A stretch of DNA of 64,000 nucleotides, from assembly GCA_965207455.1 (NCBI GenBank), contig CBDBMJ010000001.1, positions 704,001 to 768,000 of the forward strand. Reading direction: 5' to 3'. The translations under genes were made by a program, and so were the position numbers. Source of the stretch: Bdellovibrionota bacterium (lineage in GTDB: Bacteria; Bdellovibrionota; UBA1018; CAIPTA01; JAALKR01). Of the stretch, positions 36,538 through 46,350 are shown one piece after another (position 1 is the stretch's first letter; every line of letters begins with the position of its first letter). The notes beneath the pieces are model-generated. The model was not told where the DNA came from. It did no database searches and worked only from the letters and a program-made list of their open reading frames with translations.

Positions 36538-37452
36538 ATGTATAAAGTTCAATTTTTCACATTCATGCTAGGAGTTGCGCTTCTTTCCATGAGCTCTCAA
36601 GCTAATATTAATAAAGATACAAATATGGGAAAAACAAAGAAAGTCATTCTAATGGGGTTTAACCCAGCAGAAAATGTGGATGTGGTAAAAGTAAATAGCA
36701 AGGCGTTTTCTGATTACTATAAGAAAAAAACAGGATACTCCATAAAAACTTTCATTGCTACTGACTATACAGCTCTAGTAGAGGCCCTTCGTAGTGGGAG
36801 AATTCATTTTGCATGGCTTCCTCCTTTTAGTTATATAAAAGCTGAACAAATGGCTGGAGCTGAAGTGTTGATGAAAGCTGTTCGCAAAGGGCGTGCTTCT
36901 TTTTATAGTGCTATCATTACTCGAAGCGATAGTTCCATTAAAACAGTAGCAGATCTTAAGGGAAAAAATATTGCTTGGGTAGATCCCGCTAGTACATCAG
37001 GGCATATATTTCCCAAAGCAAGTTTAATGACAAAATATAATATCGACCCTGACACTTATTTTAAACGACAAATATTTGCTGGTGGTCATGACTCTCTTGT
37101 TTTAGCTGTTCTTCGAGGAACAGTGGACGCAGGAGCAACCTTTGCTAACGATCCTAAAGGCAAGACTGGTTCTTGGCATCTTTTTCTAAAAGAAAAAGAG
37201 GACCAAGGAAAAATTCGTGTTGTCTATGTTACCGACCCCATTACAGGAGACACATTGACCACATCCAAAAAATATAGAAAAGAAAATCCAAAAGTTGTGG
37301 AAGAGATGGTATCCATTTTAGGAGAAATGGGTAATAATAAAAAAGGAAAAGAGTTGCTAAAAAGTCTTTATCGCATTGATGCTATGGTTCCTGCTAAAAG
37401 CAAGGACTATGACGCTGTAAGAAAAGCAGCCAAGATTTTAGATATATTATAG
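36538..37452 (+). CDS. phnD: Phosphonate/phosphite ABC transporter substrate-binding protein
   Basis: TDYTALVEAL, VDPASTSGHIFP, GGHD motifs; signal peptide. Confidence 0.88.
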   Translation: MYKVQFFTFMLGVALLSMSSQANINKDTNMGKTKKVILMGFNPAENVDVVKVNSKAFSDYYKKKTGYSIKTFIATDYTALVEALRSGRIHFAWLPPFSYIKAEQMAGAEVLMKAVRKGRASFYSAIITRSDSSIKTVADLKGKNIAWVDPASTSGHIFPKASLMTKYNIDPDTYFKRQIFAGGHDSLVLAVLRGTVDAGATFANDPKGKTGSWHLFLKEKEDQGKIRVVYVTDPITGDTLTTSKKYRKENPKVVEEMVSILGEMGNNKKGKELLKSLYRIDAMVPAKSKDYDAVRKAAKILDIL

Positions 37453-37460
37453 TTCAATAA

Positions 37461-38225
37461 ATGACAATTCTAGTATCTAATTATAGTAAAACTTTTGATG
37501 GTGGCAAGACCTATGCCCTAGAAAAAGTAAATACAAATATCCAACAGGGCGAGTTTGTGGCTATTATTGGACTCTCTGGAGCTGGAAAAACAACTTTTTT
37601 ACGCGCTATCAATGGAACAAATTTACCTGGAACAGGGGAATTAAAAGTTCTAGATCAAGACGTTGCAAAGTTAAGAGGAAAGCAATTACGACAACTGCGT
37701 AAAAAAATTGGATTTATTTTTCAACAATTTAATCTTGTAAAAAATATTTCTGCTATTCAAAATGTACTTTGTGGGCGAGTAGCCTCCGCTCCTCTTTGGA
37801 GAGTTTTCTTGGGAATGTATTCATTTTCAGATAAACTTCTGGCGAAAAAAGCAATGGATTCTGTGGGACTAAGTGGACGATACCACGAACGAGTATCCAA
37901 TCTCTCTGGAGGGCAACAGCAGCGAGTAGCCATTGCGCGAGCTATTGTACAAAATCCTAAAATTATCTTAGCAGATGAGCCTATGGCTTCATTGGATCCA
38001 AAACTATCTGAAGTGGTTTTAGGGATTTTGAGAGATATTAATAAACAAAAAAGTATTACAATAATTGTAAATATTCATGTTCTTGAATTAGCTAAGAAAT
38101 TTGCAGACCGAATTATCGCCTTCCGAAAGGGGACCATTGTTTTTGATGGCAAACCGGATAGTCTAACAGAAGAAAGAGTAAAAGAAATTTATGAAATAAA
38201 TTTTGAAGAGCTAGAGGCACTCTAA
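37461..38225 (+). CDS. phnC: Phosphonate ABC transporter ATPase
   Basis: GLSGAGKTT, IFQQFNLV, LSGGQQQRVAIAR, DEPMASLDP. Confidence 0.9.
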   Translation: MTILVSNYSKTFDGGKTYALEKVNTNIQQGEFVAIIGLSGAGKTTFLRAINGTNLPGTGELKVLDQDVAKLRGKQLRQLRKKIGFIFQQFNLVKNISAIQNVLCGRVASAPLWRVFLGMYSFSDKLLAKKAMDSVGLSGRYHERVSNLSGGQQQRVAIARAIVQNPKIILADEPMASLDPKLSEVVLGILRDINKQKSITIIVNIHVLELAKKFADRIIAFRKGTIVFDGKPDSLTEERVKEIYEINFEELEAL

Positions 38226-38229
38226 ATAT

Positions 38230-39060
38230 ATGGCAAATGAAAAAACATCATTGAGTAAAGAATCTTTAAGAAAGATAAAAGAGAGTATGAAAAAACCATT
38301 TAGCTGGAGCAGTCCCGTGCTATTTTGTGTATTTTTAATATTGCTTTACCTAACCTATATGGCAGTACTAAGAGTGGAGTTCAGTGCTGAACGATTATTT
38401 GAAGGCTTGCCTTTTATGGCAGATTTCTTATCTCGCATGTATCCTCCAGATTTTTCTGTTCTACCAAGAGTATTACCCGATACTTTAGAAACCATATCCC
38501 TAGCTTGGATTGCCACCCTTATTGCAGGCTTCTTTTCCCTTCCCATTGCTTTCTTTGCTGCTTCTAATATTTTTGAAAATCAATGGATACGAAAATGCAC
38601 CATATTTTTTCTCAATATGGACCGTGCCATTGATGCTCTCATCTTAGCTCTTTTCTTTGTCAGTGCCGTAGGATTGGGTCCGTTTGCAGGTACCCTTGCC
38701 CTAGGAATACACTCTGTGGGAATGTTGGGTAAGCTCTTTGCTGATGCAATCGAATCTATAGATAAGGGCCCAGTAGAAGCCCTAGAAAGCGCAGGAGCTA
38801 GCAAGTTAGCCATTATTCGCTGGGCGATTTGGCCCCAAGTAGCACCACTATTTATCACTTATTACCTGTTTCGATTTGAACTGAATATCCGTGTAGCCGT
38901 AGTGCTGGGTCTTGTGGGAGCTGGAGGTATTGGTTTCCTACTCACCCAATATATGCGTCTTTTTCAATACCAGAAAGTAGCCACACTGGTATTGGTAATC
39001 CTTATCTTAGTTATGAGTATTGATGCAGTTTCCGCAAGATTACGTCAATATGTCCGGTGA
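38230..39060 (+). CDS. phnE: Phosphonate ABC transporter permease
   Basis: VGLGPFAG, LGKLFADAIESIDKGPVEA, RFELNIR, LVGAGGIG. Confidence 0.92.
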   Translation: MANEKTSLSKESLRKIKESMKKPFSWSSPVLFCVFLILLYLTYMAVLRVEFSAERLFEGLPFMADFLSRMYPPDFSVLPRVLPDTLETISLAWIATLIAGFFSLPIAFFAASNIFENQWIRKCTIFFLNMDRAIDALILALFFVSAVGLGPFAGTLALGIHSVGMLGKLFADAIESIDKGPVEALESAGASKLAIIRWAIWPQVAPLFITYYLFRFELNIRVAVVLGLVGAGGIGFLLTQYMRLFQYQKVATLVLVILILVMSIDAVSARLRQYVR

Positions 39061-39827
39061 TGCGTTTTGTATCTTGGAATGTAAATGGGATTCGAGCTTG
39101 CCTGAAAAAAGGTTTCATTGATACTTATAAAGAACTCCAAGCAGACATATTTTGTGTTCAAGAAACTAAGGCCCATCCAGAACAAGTGGAAATAGACAGT
39201 GTCCTACCCAAGGGAACTGAGCAAGTGTGGGCTTGGGCTGAGAAAAAGGGATATAGTGGATGCGCTTTGTTTACTCCCCATCAAAATATAAAATTAGTAA
39301 ATAAATTGGAACTGCCTAAATATGATATGGAAGGAAGAGGAAATATTGCTTTTCATAAAAATTTTACTTTAGTGAATTTGTATTTTCCAAATGGCGCTGC
39401 CTCTGAGGAACGCCATTATTTTAAAATGGATTTCCTCAAAACTATTTTAAAATATCTGAAAAAGTTAGAGAAAACCCATGGACCTCTTATTATTTGTGGA
39501 GATTATAATATTGCTCATACAAAAATTGACATTCATGATCCAAAATCAAACGAAAATTCCAGTGGATTTTTACCAGAAGAACGAGCTTGGATGGATGGGT
39601 TTAGCGAAAATTTTATTGATACATTTCGCCTACTTCACCCGGAGAGAAAAGATAAATATTCATGGTGGAGCTATCGCCAGCAATCTAGAGAACGCAATAA
39701 AGGTTGGAGATTAGATTATTTTTTTATTTCTAAATCTTTAAAAGATAAGGTAAAGAAAGCAAATATCTATGAAAACATTATGGGGTCCGATCATTGCCCC
39801 ATTGAAGTGGAAATATCATTTTCGTAA
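39057..39827 (+). CDS. xth: Exodeoxyribonuclease III
   Basis: SWNVNGIRA, CVQETK, GDYNIAH, YSWWSYR, GWRLDY, GSDHCP. Confidence 0.97.
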   Translation: MMRFVSWNVNGIRACLKKGFIDTYKELQADIFCVQETKAHPEQVEIDSVLPKGTEQVWAWAEKKGYSGCALFTPHQNIKLVNKLELPKYDMEGRGNIAFHKNFTLVNLYFPNGAASEERHYFKMDFLKTILKYLKKLEKTHGPLIICGDYNIAHTKIDIHDPKSNENSSGFLPEERAWMDGFSENFIDTFRLLHPERKDKYSWWSYRQQSRERNKGWRLDYFFISKSLKDKVKKANIYENIMGSDHCPIEVEISFS

Positions 39828-40994
39828 ACCCGGCCATATTAAAGCAGTGGCTACAAATCCTGCTGCAATATAAGTAAATAAAATTGTTTTTAAATCTATA
39901 TTTTGATCTAAAAGAAAGCCTAAAATAGGAGGACTTATTGCTGTGGAAAAGGTAAGTGCAGCAGACATAAATCCTTGTATAGCGCCCATATTTTTTGTTC
40001 CATATAGATCTGGTAAAAGTGCTGTTTTAATATTTCCACCTACCCCTACTGTGAAGCCAAGTAATCCTAAGTAGCAAAAAGAGAAGATGGGGTCCATGCC
40101 ATAAATAAGAAAAGCAATGCCCAGTAGCATTGGGAATAGATAAAAATAGAGTAAGCGCCTTGCTGTAAAACGATCAATTAAAGGACCAATACCAATTGAG
40201 CCTATCGCTCGCAAAATACCAAAAGCAATAAAACCACTGGCAAGCAATTCCACGCTCCATTCTTTTTTTGCCACAAGGCTTGTTTGGTGGAAAAATAATG
40301 ATGTGATAACGAAAGGAGGAAAAATCCAAGCAGGAAGAAGTAAATAAAATTTTCTTGTTCGTACAATTTCACTCACTTTCCATTGTTTTTCTTCCAGTAG
40401 TTCTATATTTTTTGTGGCTTTCTTATATTTCTTTTCTATCTGTTTTGCTAGAAAAAATAATAAAGGCAAAGCAAGTAACCCATAGTAGGCACTTAAAAAG
40501 TTCCAGGTATTTTCTCTACCAAATCGTTGAACAGCTAGAACAACTAATATGGGATAGGTACATTCTGCCAAAGGATACCCTAGACTAGCAAAAGCCAGTG
40601 CCTTTCCTCGATTTTTGGAAAATCCAATAGAAATAATAGTGCGTCCAATTAGGCTTAGTGTTCCATGAGCTAGGGATCGCATCCCTAGATAGGCAAGAAA
40701 AATAAGCATAATGCTATCCGCTTGTCCGAAAATATAACAGGTAATACTAAGACCGATTAGTTGCAGTAATATAAAGCGAGAGAGAGAGACTTTGTCTAAG
40801 AGTCGCCCTAGGAAGGGCAGCAGAAAGGCTGCACACAGGGTTGCTAGGGCGTAAATAGAGGCAATGGTGGTTTGGCTGATTTGGGCCGATTCCTGTAAAT
40901 AGTCGTTAAAAATGGCAATAAGATAGGTTTGTCCTGGAGCTGAAAAAAAGCTACCTAAAAATCCCAGTAGTAAAAGCTCCCATTTTTTAAACAT
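39816..40994 (-). CDS. MFS transporter
   Basis: FFSAPGQT, GRLLDK and GPLIDRF motif A copies, 12 TM; start moved to ATG 40994 to avoid overlap with metG. Confidence 0.88.
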   Translation of the reverse strand: MFKKWELLLLGFLGSFFSAPGQTYLIAIFNDYLQESAQISQTTIASIYALATLCAAFLLPFLGRLLDKVSLSRFILLQLIGLSITCYIFGQADSIMLIFLAYLGMRSLAHGTLSLIGRTIISIGFSKNRGKALAFASLGYPLAECTYPILVVLAVQRFGRENTWNFLSAYYGLLALPLLFFLAKQIEKKYKKATKNIELLEEKQWKVSEIVRTRKFYLLLPAWIFPPFVITSLFFHQTSLVAKKEWSVELLASGFIAFGILRAIGSIGIGPLIDRFTARRLLYFYLFPMLLGIAFLIYGMDPIFSFCYLGLLGFTVGVGGNIKTALLPDLYGTKNMGAIQGFMSAALTFSTAISPPILGFLLDQNIDLKTILFTYIAAGFVATALIWPGLRK

Positions 40995-41046
40995 TCCGTG
41001 TCCCCTACTTCTTGCATACAATGATAGTCTATGGCAAAACTGTACT

Positions 41047-42747
41047 ATGAGTAGTTCAAAGAAGAAATACCTAATCACTTCTGCTCTGCCCTATGCTAAC
41101 GGTCCCTTACACTTTGGTCATCTTGGAGGAGTCTACATTCCTGCAGATATTTATACCCGTCACCGTAAGTTGCAGGGGCATGAGGTAAAGCACATTTCTG
41201 GTTCAGATGAGCATGGTGTAGCTATTACTCTATCCGCAGAAAAAGCAGGTGCTTCTTATGGCGACTGGATAGATAAATGGCATGAAGAGCACAAGAAGCT
41301 ATTTAAAATTTTTTCCGTTGATTTTGACTTTTTTGGACGAACATCACTGCCCTACCACGAAGATGAAGTAAAGGAATGGTTTCTTGATCTCTATAATAAA
41401 GGGTTTATTGAGCCTCGTATAGAAAAACAGCTCTATTCTCTGGATGACAAAAAATTTCTTCCTGACCGTTATATAGAAGGCATTTGTTATGTTTGTGATT
41501 ATCCAAAAGCCCGTGGTGATGAATGTCCTAAATGTGGTGAATGGATAACAGCTACGAAATTAAAAAATCCTGTAAGTGCCATAAGCGGAAGCTCTAATAT
41601 TGAAATACGAGAAACAAAAAATCATTTTATTTTACTTAAAAAATTACAAAAAGATTACGAATCTTGGTTCTCAGAAAAAAAAGGAACTTGGAGAAAATTA
41701 GTAACAGGATTTATACAAGGACTCATTGATCAAGGTTTAGTAGATCGCTGTATCACTAGAGATTTAAACTGGGGAATTGATGTGCCTTTAAAGGACTGCG
41801 AAGGGAAAAAAATCTATGTATGGTTTGATGCGCCCATTGGATATGTCTCTAACTTAAAAGAACATCTCAAATCAAGTAAAGAGGATTATAAAATAGATTG
41901 GTGGCAAAATCCTAATGTGGAGATTTCCAATTTTATTGGGAAAGACAATATTATTTTTCATGCTCTTATTTTTCCAATGATGGCATTGGGAACAAAGTTT
42001 ATTAATCTCCCTCATCAAATTCCAGCTAACGAATTTATAAATTTGGAGAATCATCAATTCTCCAAATCCTCTGGTTGGTATGTTGATATCCCACAAGCTT
42101 TGGAATATTTTGATGCCGACGCTCTGAGATTTTACCTTTGTGCTATTATTCCAGAAGCAGGAGATACAAATTTTTGTTGGGACCATTTTGAGCAGTGTTA
42201 TAAAGATTTTGGTAATAAAATTGGGAATTTCATTCATCGAAGTTTAAGTTTTTTTATGAAAAATTGGCCTCAAGGATTTTCTCAAACCACATTTATGTCC
42301 CTAAAAAATCATGAAGAATTAAATCGTATTGAAACTCAGATAAAGAAAATTACTCAGCATTTGGATAAATGCCAATTCACGAAAGCCCAAGCCGAACTCC
42401 TGCAATTTGGACAAATCGCTAATGAATATTTTCACAATCAAGAGCCTTGGGCGCAAATCAAAAAAGATAAAAAAGCTACCGAAGACACAATTGCTGTTTC
42501 CATGCTCTATATAGTAGGTATAGCCGTTGTTATGGAACCAATCCTTCCTCAGGCAACCAAAAAAATATTAAAATCCTTTCCAAAGCCTAGAGAAGACACC
42601 ATGGAAGCTATTTATAATGGAAAAGCAGATAGGATTTTGGACTTCTTTCAAGAGGGGCTGCCCTTGCCAGCAAGTCTTGAAGTGTTATTTCCTCGCTTGG
42701 ATAAAGATCAAATTAAGAGTTTTAAGGAGAGGCTCCCTGGTACTTAG
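41047..42747 (+). CDS. metG: Methionine--tRNA ligase (short form, no C-terminal dimerisation domain)
   Basis: TSALPYANGPLHFGH, GSDEHG, Zn knuckle, YVWFDAPIGY, GKDNIIFH, FSKS. Confidence 0.97.
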   Translation: MSSSKKKYLITSALPYANGPLHFGHLGGVYIPADIYTRHRKLQGHEVKHISGSDEHGVAITLSAEKAGASYGDWIDKWHEEHKKLFKIFSVDFDFFGRTSLPYHEDEVKEWFLDLYNKGFIEPRIEKQLYSLDDKKFLPDRYIEGICYVCDYPKARGDECPKCGEWITATKLKNPVSAISGSSNIEIRETKNHFILLKKLQKDYESWFSEKKGTWRKLVTGFIQGLIDQGLVDRCITRDLNWGIDVPLKDCEGKKIYVWFDAPIGYVSNLKEHLKSSKEDYKIDWWQNPNVEISNFIGKDNIIFHALIFPMMALGTKFINLPHQIPANEFINLENHQFSKSSGWYVDIPQALEYFDADALRFYLCAIIPEAGDTNFCWDHFEQCYKDFGNKIGNFIHRSLSFFMKNWPQGFSQTTFMSLKNHEELNRIETQIKKITQHLDKCQFTKAQAELLQFGQIANEYFHNQEPWAQIKKDKKATEDTIAVSMLYIVGIAVVMEPILPQATKKILKSFPKPREDTMEAIYNGKADRILDFFQEGLPLPASLEVLFPRLDKDQIKSFKERLPGT

Positions 42748-43001
42748 TTTTGGAAATATTTTTTTTTGCTATGGATCTGCGAATATAAAATACGATTAAA
42801 CTTTCAACAACTGTCTACTTTTTAATCAATCCGAGAGATTTTATATATTTCTTTTCCTGCAAAAAACCCCCCCATTCCTTTGTAAGTGCTTAAAATTAAA
42901 GAGATTTATTTAATCTCCCTGTCTTATAAAATTGTGCCATCTTCCTTGCATTAACAAATTATATACGACAGTAAACTTAAGTTTAAAAAGGAGAAATAAT
43001 T

Positions 43002-43276
43002 ATGAAAAATAGAAAAAATAAAAATATAATAACAGTGGCAGCAATGGTTCTGGCCTTTTTGGCTTTGGAGGTTTTATGCTCTATGGGCTAGGCAGTTTGT
43101 ATAATAGCCAAGAGATATCTGGAAGTTCTCGATGTTCTAATGGAAGCTCTGCTGTTCTAACAGAACGTACTTCATTGGATCAAAAAATTACTACAGATAA
43201 TGCTACAATCGGAATGAATCGAAATTCTTTATCATCCTTTGGAACAGGTGGTAATTCTAGGATAATCGGTCGATAA
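43002..43276 (+). pseudogene. Small membrane/secreted protein apparently split by a frameshift
   Basis: RBS AAAAGGAG and ATG 43002 give a 29-aa signal-like peptide ending TAG 43091; the -1 frame is open from 43022 to 43276. Confidence 0.4.
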
Positions 43277-43299
43277 TCGGCAGATTTTGAGATAATTAT

Positions 43300-44781
43300 T
43301 TAATTTTTTCTCTGCTCTGAGAACTTTTCTTCACTATAGGTATACCTAAATTTCTTATTCTCTTGCATTGTATCTAACGATACAGCCCTTCCCCATAGTG
43401 CAGAGACGTTTGCCATAGTGGCCCTTACAGTTTTTAAATCAAGGTCTCTCCCATGATGCCTATGCTCCAATAACAAGCCTCCTTGGTTTAAATAATTCCC
43501 ATCTTTTACTTGAATCACGGGCTGGCTCCCATTGGTGATGTCGGTGAGAATCTCCTCTTTTACCTCTCGCCAATCTCTTGTTTTAATCTCATATTTGCCT
43601 GTTCTTGGGTTTAATCCATAGGTATAGTATCGCTCCTGTTCAGAGAACTCTTCTGTAAAGAAGGTATCGATAAATGTTATGTCGTTATGAATGGATCGAA
43701 CAGAAAAAATCTTTTCCTTTCCTTCGTTTGTGTCTCTATGCCAATTTTTTTTCTTTGTAAGATTATCACAATCTTCATATTCTTTTCCAAATTTTCCTGT
43801 ATTCCATCGATCCTCAATATAGCGAAATAACTCAATCCCTAATTTATAAGGGTTGATTTGATTGGGTTGCACTACCATTATTCCAGAATGTCGGTCTGCA
43901 AAATCTATTAATTCAGAAGAATCCAAAGCTTTTTCTGTCATTATCTTTGAATGCCAATAACTAGCCCAACCCTCGTTCATAATCTTTGTGACTCTTTGAG
44001 GAGCAAAATAATAGGATTCTTCCCTAATTATGGAAAGAATATCTGACTCCCATGAATTTAATTGACCATAATCAATGATGAATTTTAAAATATCCCTGTC
44101 CGGGCTTACTGGAAATTTTTTAGATTTTTGAAGCTGCCGTTTTATTTTCATCTCCTGCTCTTCAACATATTCCTTTGGATTGATGAAGCTATCTAAATAA
44201 AGTCTTGGTGAATTCAACCTTGACTTAGGTTCCACCTCAGAAGATTCATCTATTGTATTTTTATTATCAATAAATGGAGCATAAGGATCGATTAAATTTT
44301 CAATGGACAGACATTTATCAATAAAGCTCTCCACCTTATCTTGACCATATTTATCTACATATCGACGAATGCGTACCCCATGATTTGCCATTTGATCTAA
44401 CATTTTTCTATTCGTCTGCTTAAAACAATAATTATTTTTAAAAAAGTCAGAATGACCATATACATGCGCCATAATTAATTTCTGATCTAAATGGGAGTTG
44501 CTATTCATTAAATAGGCGTAACAAGGATCTGTATTGATCACCAGCTCATAAATTTTTTGCATACCCCATGTATAAGCAACCGATAATTGATCATAAATCA
44601 TTCCTGTTCGCCAATGGGGATAACGCTTGGGAAATCCACCTCCAGCAGCCACTGCATTTAATTCATCATAATCAAGAAATTCAAAAATAGTATCAAAAAA
44701 ATCTAATCCATAATCACGGGCATGATTCTCTATTTCTTTCTGTACTTTTGTTAAAGCTATGGGTAAACTAGAATCAATCAA
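43300..44781 (-). CDS. spoVR: SpoVR family protein
   Basis: RYPHWR, KIYELVINTDPCYAYL, AHVYGHSDFFKNN, TKIMNEGWASYWH, NPYKLG. Confidence 0.95.
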   Translation of the reverse strand: MIDSSLPIALTKVQKEIENHARDYGLDFFDTIFEFLDYDELNAVAAGGGFPKRYPHWRTGMIYDQLSVAYTWGMQKIYELVINTDPCYAYLMNSNSHLDQKLIMAHVYGHSDFFKNNYCFKQTNRKMLDQMANHGVRIRRYVDKYGQDKVESFIDKCLSIENLIDPYAPFIDNKNTIDESSEVEPKSRLNSPRLYLDSFINPKEYVEEQEMKIKRQLQKSKKFPVSPDRDILKFIIDYGQLNSWESDILSIIREESYYFAPQRVTKIMNEGWASYWHSKIMTEKALDSSELIDFADRHSGIMVVQPNQINPYKLGIELFRYIEDRWNTGKFGKEYEDCDNLTKKKNWHRDTNEGKEKIFSVRSIHNDITFIDTFFTEEFSEQERYYTYGLNPRTGKYEIKTRDWREVKEEILTDITNGSQPVIQVKDGNYLNQGGLLLEHRHHGRDLDLKTVRATMANVSALWGRAVSLDTMQENKKFRYTYSEEKFSEQRKN

Positions 44782-44783
44782 AA

Positions 44784-45899
44784 TTACTTCCCTTTACCAA
44801 GAAAATCCTTAATAGAGTCCATGATGCCTTCTTTATTTTGAATCTTTGATGTGACAATTTTTTCTTCATTCCCTTTAAATTGCTTCTCTAAATCTTTTAA
44901 AAACTGCCCACTGCCATAACGACTTTCCACTTGACCATAACAAAGCATATTAATATTAGGTAAAAGATATTTTTCCATGATATCAAAGCAAATTTTGGTG
45001 TCCTCTCCACTCCAATTATCCCCATCACTAAAATGGAATACATATATATTCCATTGATCCACAGGATAATGTACTTCCAATATTTTTTGAGCTGCTCGAT
45101 ACGCACTAGAGATTAAAGTACCTCCACTTTCACGGGTGGAATAAAAAACTTTTTCATCTACTTCTTGGGCTGTCGTATCATGAATAATATAACGACTCTC
45201 TAAGCCCTTATATTGAGATCGAATCCATGTATCAATCCAAAAACTCTCTGTGCGAACAATTTCTTTTTGCTCGTCACCCATTGATCCCGAAACGTCCATT
45301 ATATATATAATAACTGCATTTGCCTCATGCTCCTCAGATTGCTTACGACTCCGGTATCGAAAGTCTCGCTTAATGGGTATAATAATCGGGTTTTCAGGAT
45401 CGTAGGTATCGGAAGCTATTTGACGCTTCAAAGCCTCTTTATAGCTTTGTTTAAAGTTAATTAAGGAGTTTGGACCCTGAACAGCTAACCCCTTATACTT
45501 ATCTTTTTTTCTTTTTAAGGTTTTTTGTCCCTTAGGCTCTATTCGAGGTAATTCCAACTCTTTTCCAAGAATATCTGCCAACTCTTTCAATTCAAATTCT
45601 ATCTCTAGAGAATGGTCTCCTGCCGTATTACCCGCTTTATCCAGTCCTCCCTCATCTCCATCTTTTGAACCTTGAGCAACTTGATCTCCAGCATTTCCTT
45701 CTCCCTGCCCCACGCCTTTCTTAGAATCACCAAATTGAAAGTGAGGAATCTCTATCTGAGGCATGGGTATAGCTACTTTATCTTTCCCCCTACGAACGAT
45801 CATATCCCCGTTAGTTATGTATTTCTTTAAATCCTGTTTTATTTTGCCCTTTATAATATTTTTAAAACGGGCGTGGTCTTGTCTAACATCAAAGAGCAT
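44784..45899 (-). CDS. yeaH: YeaH/YhbH (DUF444) vWA protein
   Basis: MDVSGSM MIDAS motif, [15 protein letters not shown]. Confidence 0.93.
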   Translation of the reverse strand: MLFDVRQDHARFKNIIKGKIKQDLKKYITNGDMIVRRGKDKVAIPMPQIEIPHFQFGDSKKGVGQGEGNAGDQVAQGSKDGDEGGLDKAGNTAGDHSLEIEFELKELADILGKELELPRIEPKGQKTLKRKKDKYKGLAVQGPNSLINFKQSYKEALKRQIASDTYDPENPIIIPIKRDFRYRSRKQSEEHEANAVIIYIMDVSGSMGDEQKEIVRTESFWIDTWIRSQYKGLESRYIIHDTTAQEVDEKVFYSTRESGGTLISSAYRAAQKILEVHYPVDQWNIYVFHFSDGDNWSGEDTKICFDIMEKYLLPNINMLCYGQVESRYGSGQFLKDLEKQFKGNEEKIVTSKIQNKEGIMDSIKDFLGKGK

Positions 45900-46347
45900 C
45901 GGGTATTTCCTTTACTACTGCATCAATCATAGCAATCTGGCTAACTAAATTTTTATCAGCATATTGCCTTAAAGCATTGCAATTAGTTTCAGTATTCATA
46001 ACATGACCTTCAGTGGGCTCAATAATAAGCTTCATTTTATCCGATGAAACTGTATAAATGCCTCCTTTTATTTCAAAAGTAAATTCACAACCTTTACTTA
46101 ATTCTCCTTCCCTGCATTTATCATTCCCCTTAACTTCACTTAATTTGTAGATATTTTCATCTTTGCTTATAAAACGGATATGGGTGGGAACTTCAGATGA
46201 AAGACCTCCGAGAAACTCGATTCGACCTTTCTCCACTTGAAATGCTTTAAACAATAGCTGTGCCGGGCGTATCACTCCAAGACCTCGTTCTTGAGAATGA
46301 GCAGGGAAGGATAAAAGGCCTGCTAAAACCATGATTTTTGTTATCAT
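45889..46347 (-). CDS. Secreted hypothetical protein between prkA and yeaH
   Basis: Signal peptide [18 protein letters not shown]; 3-nt gap after prkA, 11-nt overlap with yeaH. Confidence 0.65.
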   Translation of the reverse strand: MITKIMVLAGLLSFPAHSQERGLGVIRPAQLLFKAFQVEKGRIEFLGGLSSEVPTHIRFISKDENIYKLSEVKGNDKCREGELSKGCEFTFEIKGGIYTVSSDKMKLIIEPTEGHVMNTETNCNALRQYADKNLVSQIAMIDAVVKEIPDAL

Positions 46348-46350
46348 AAC

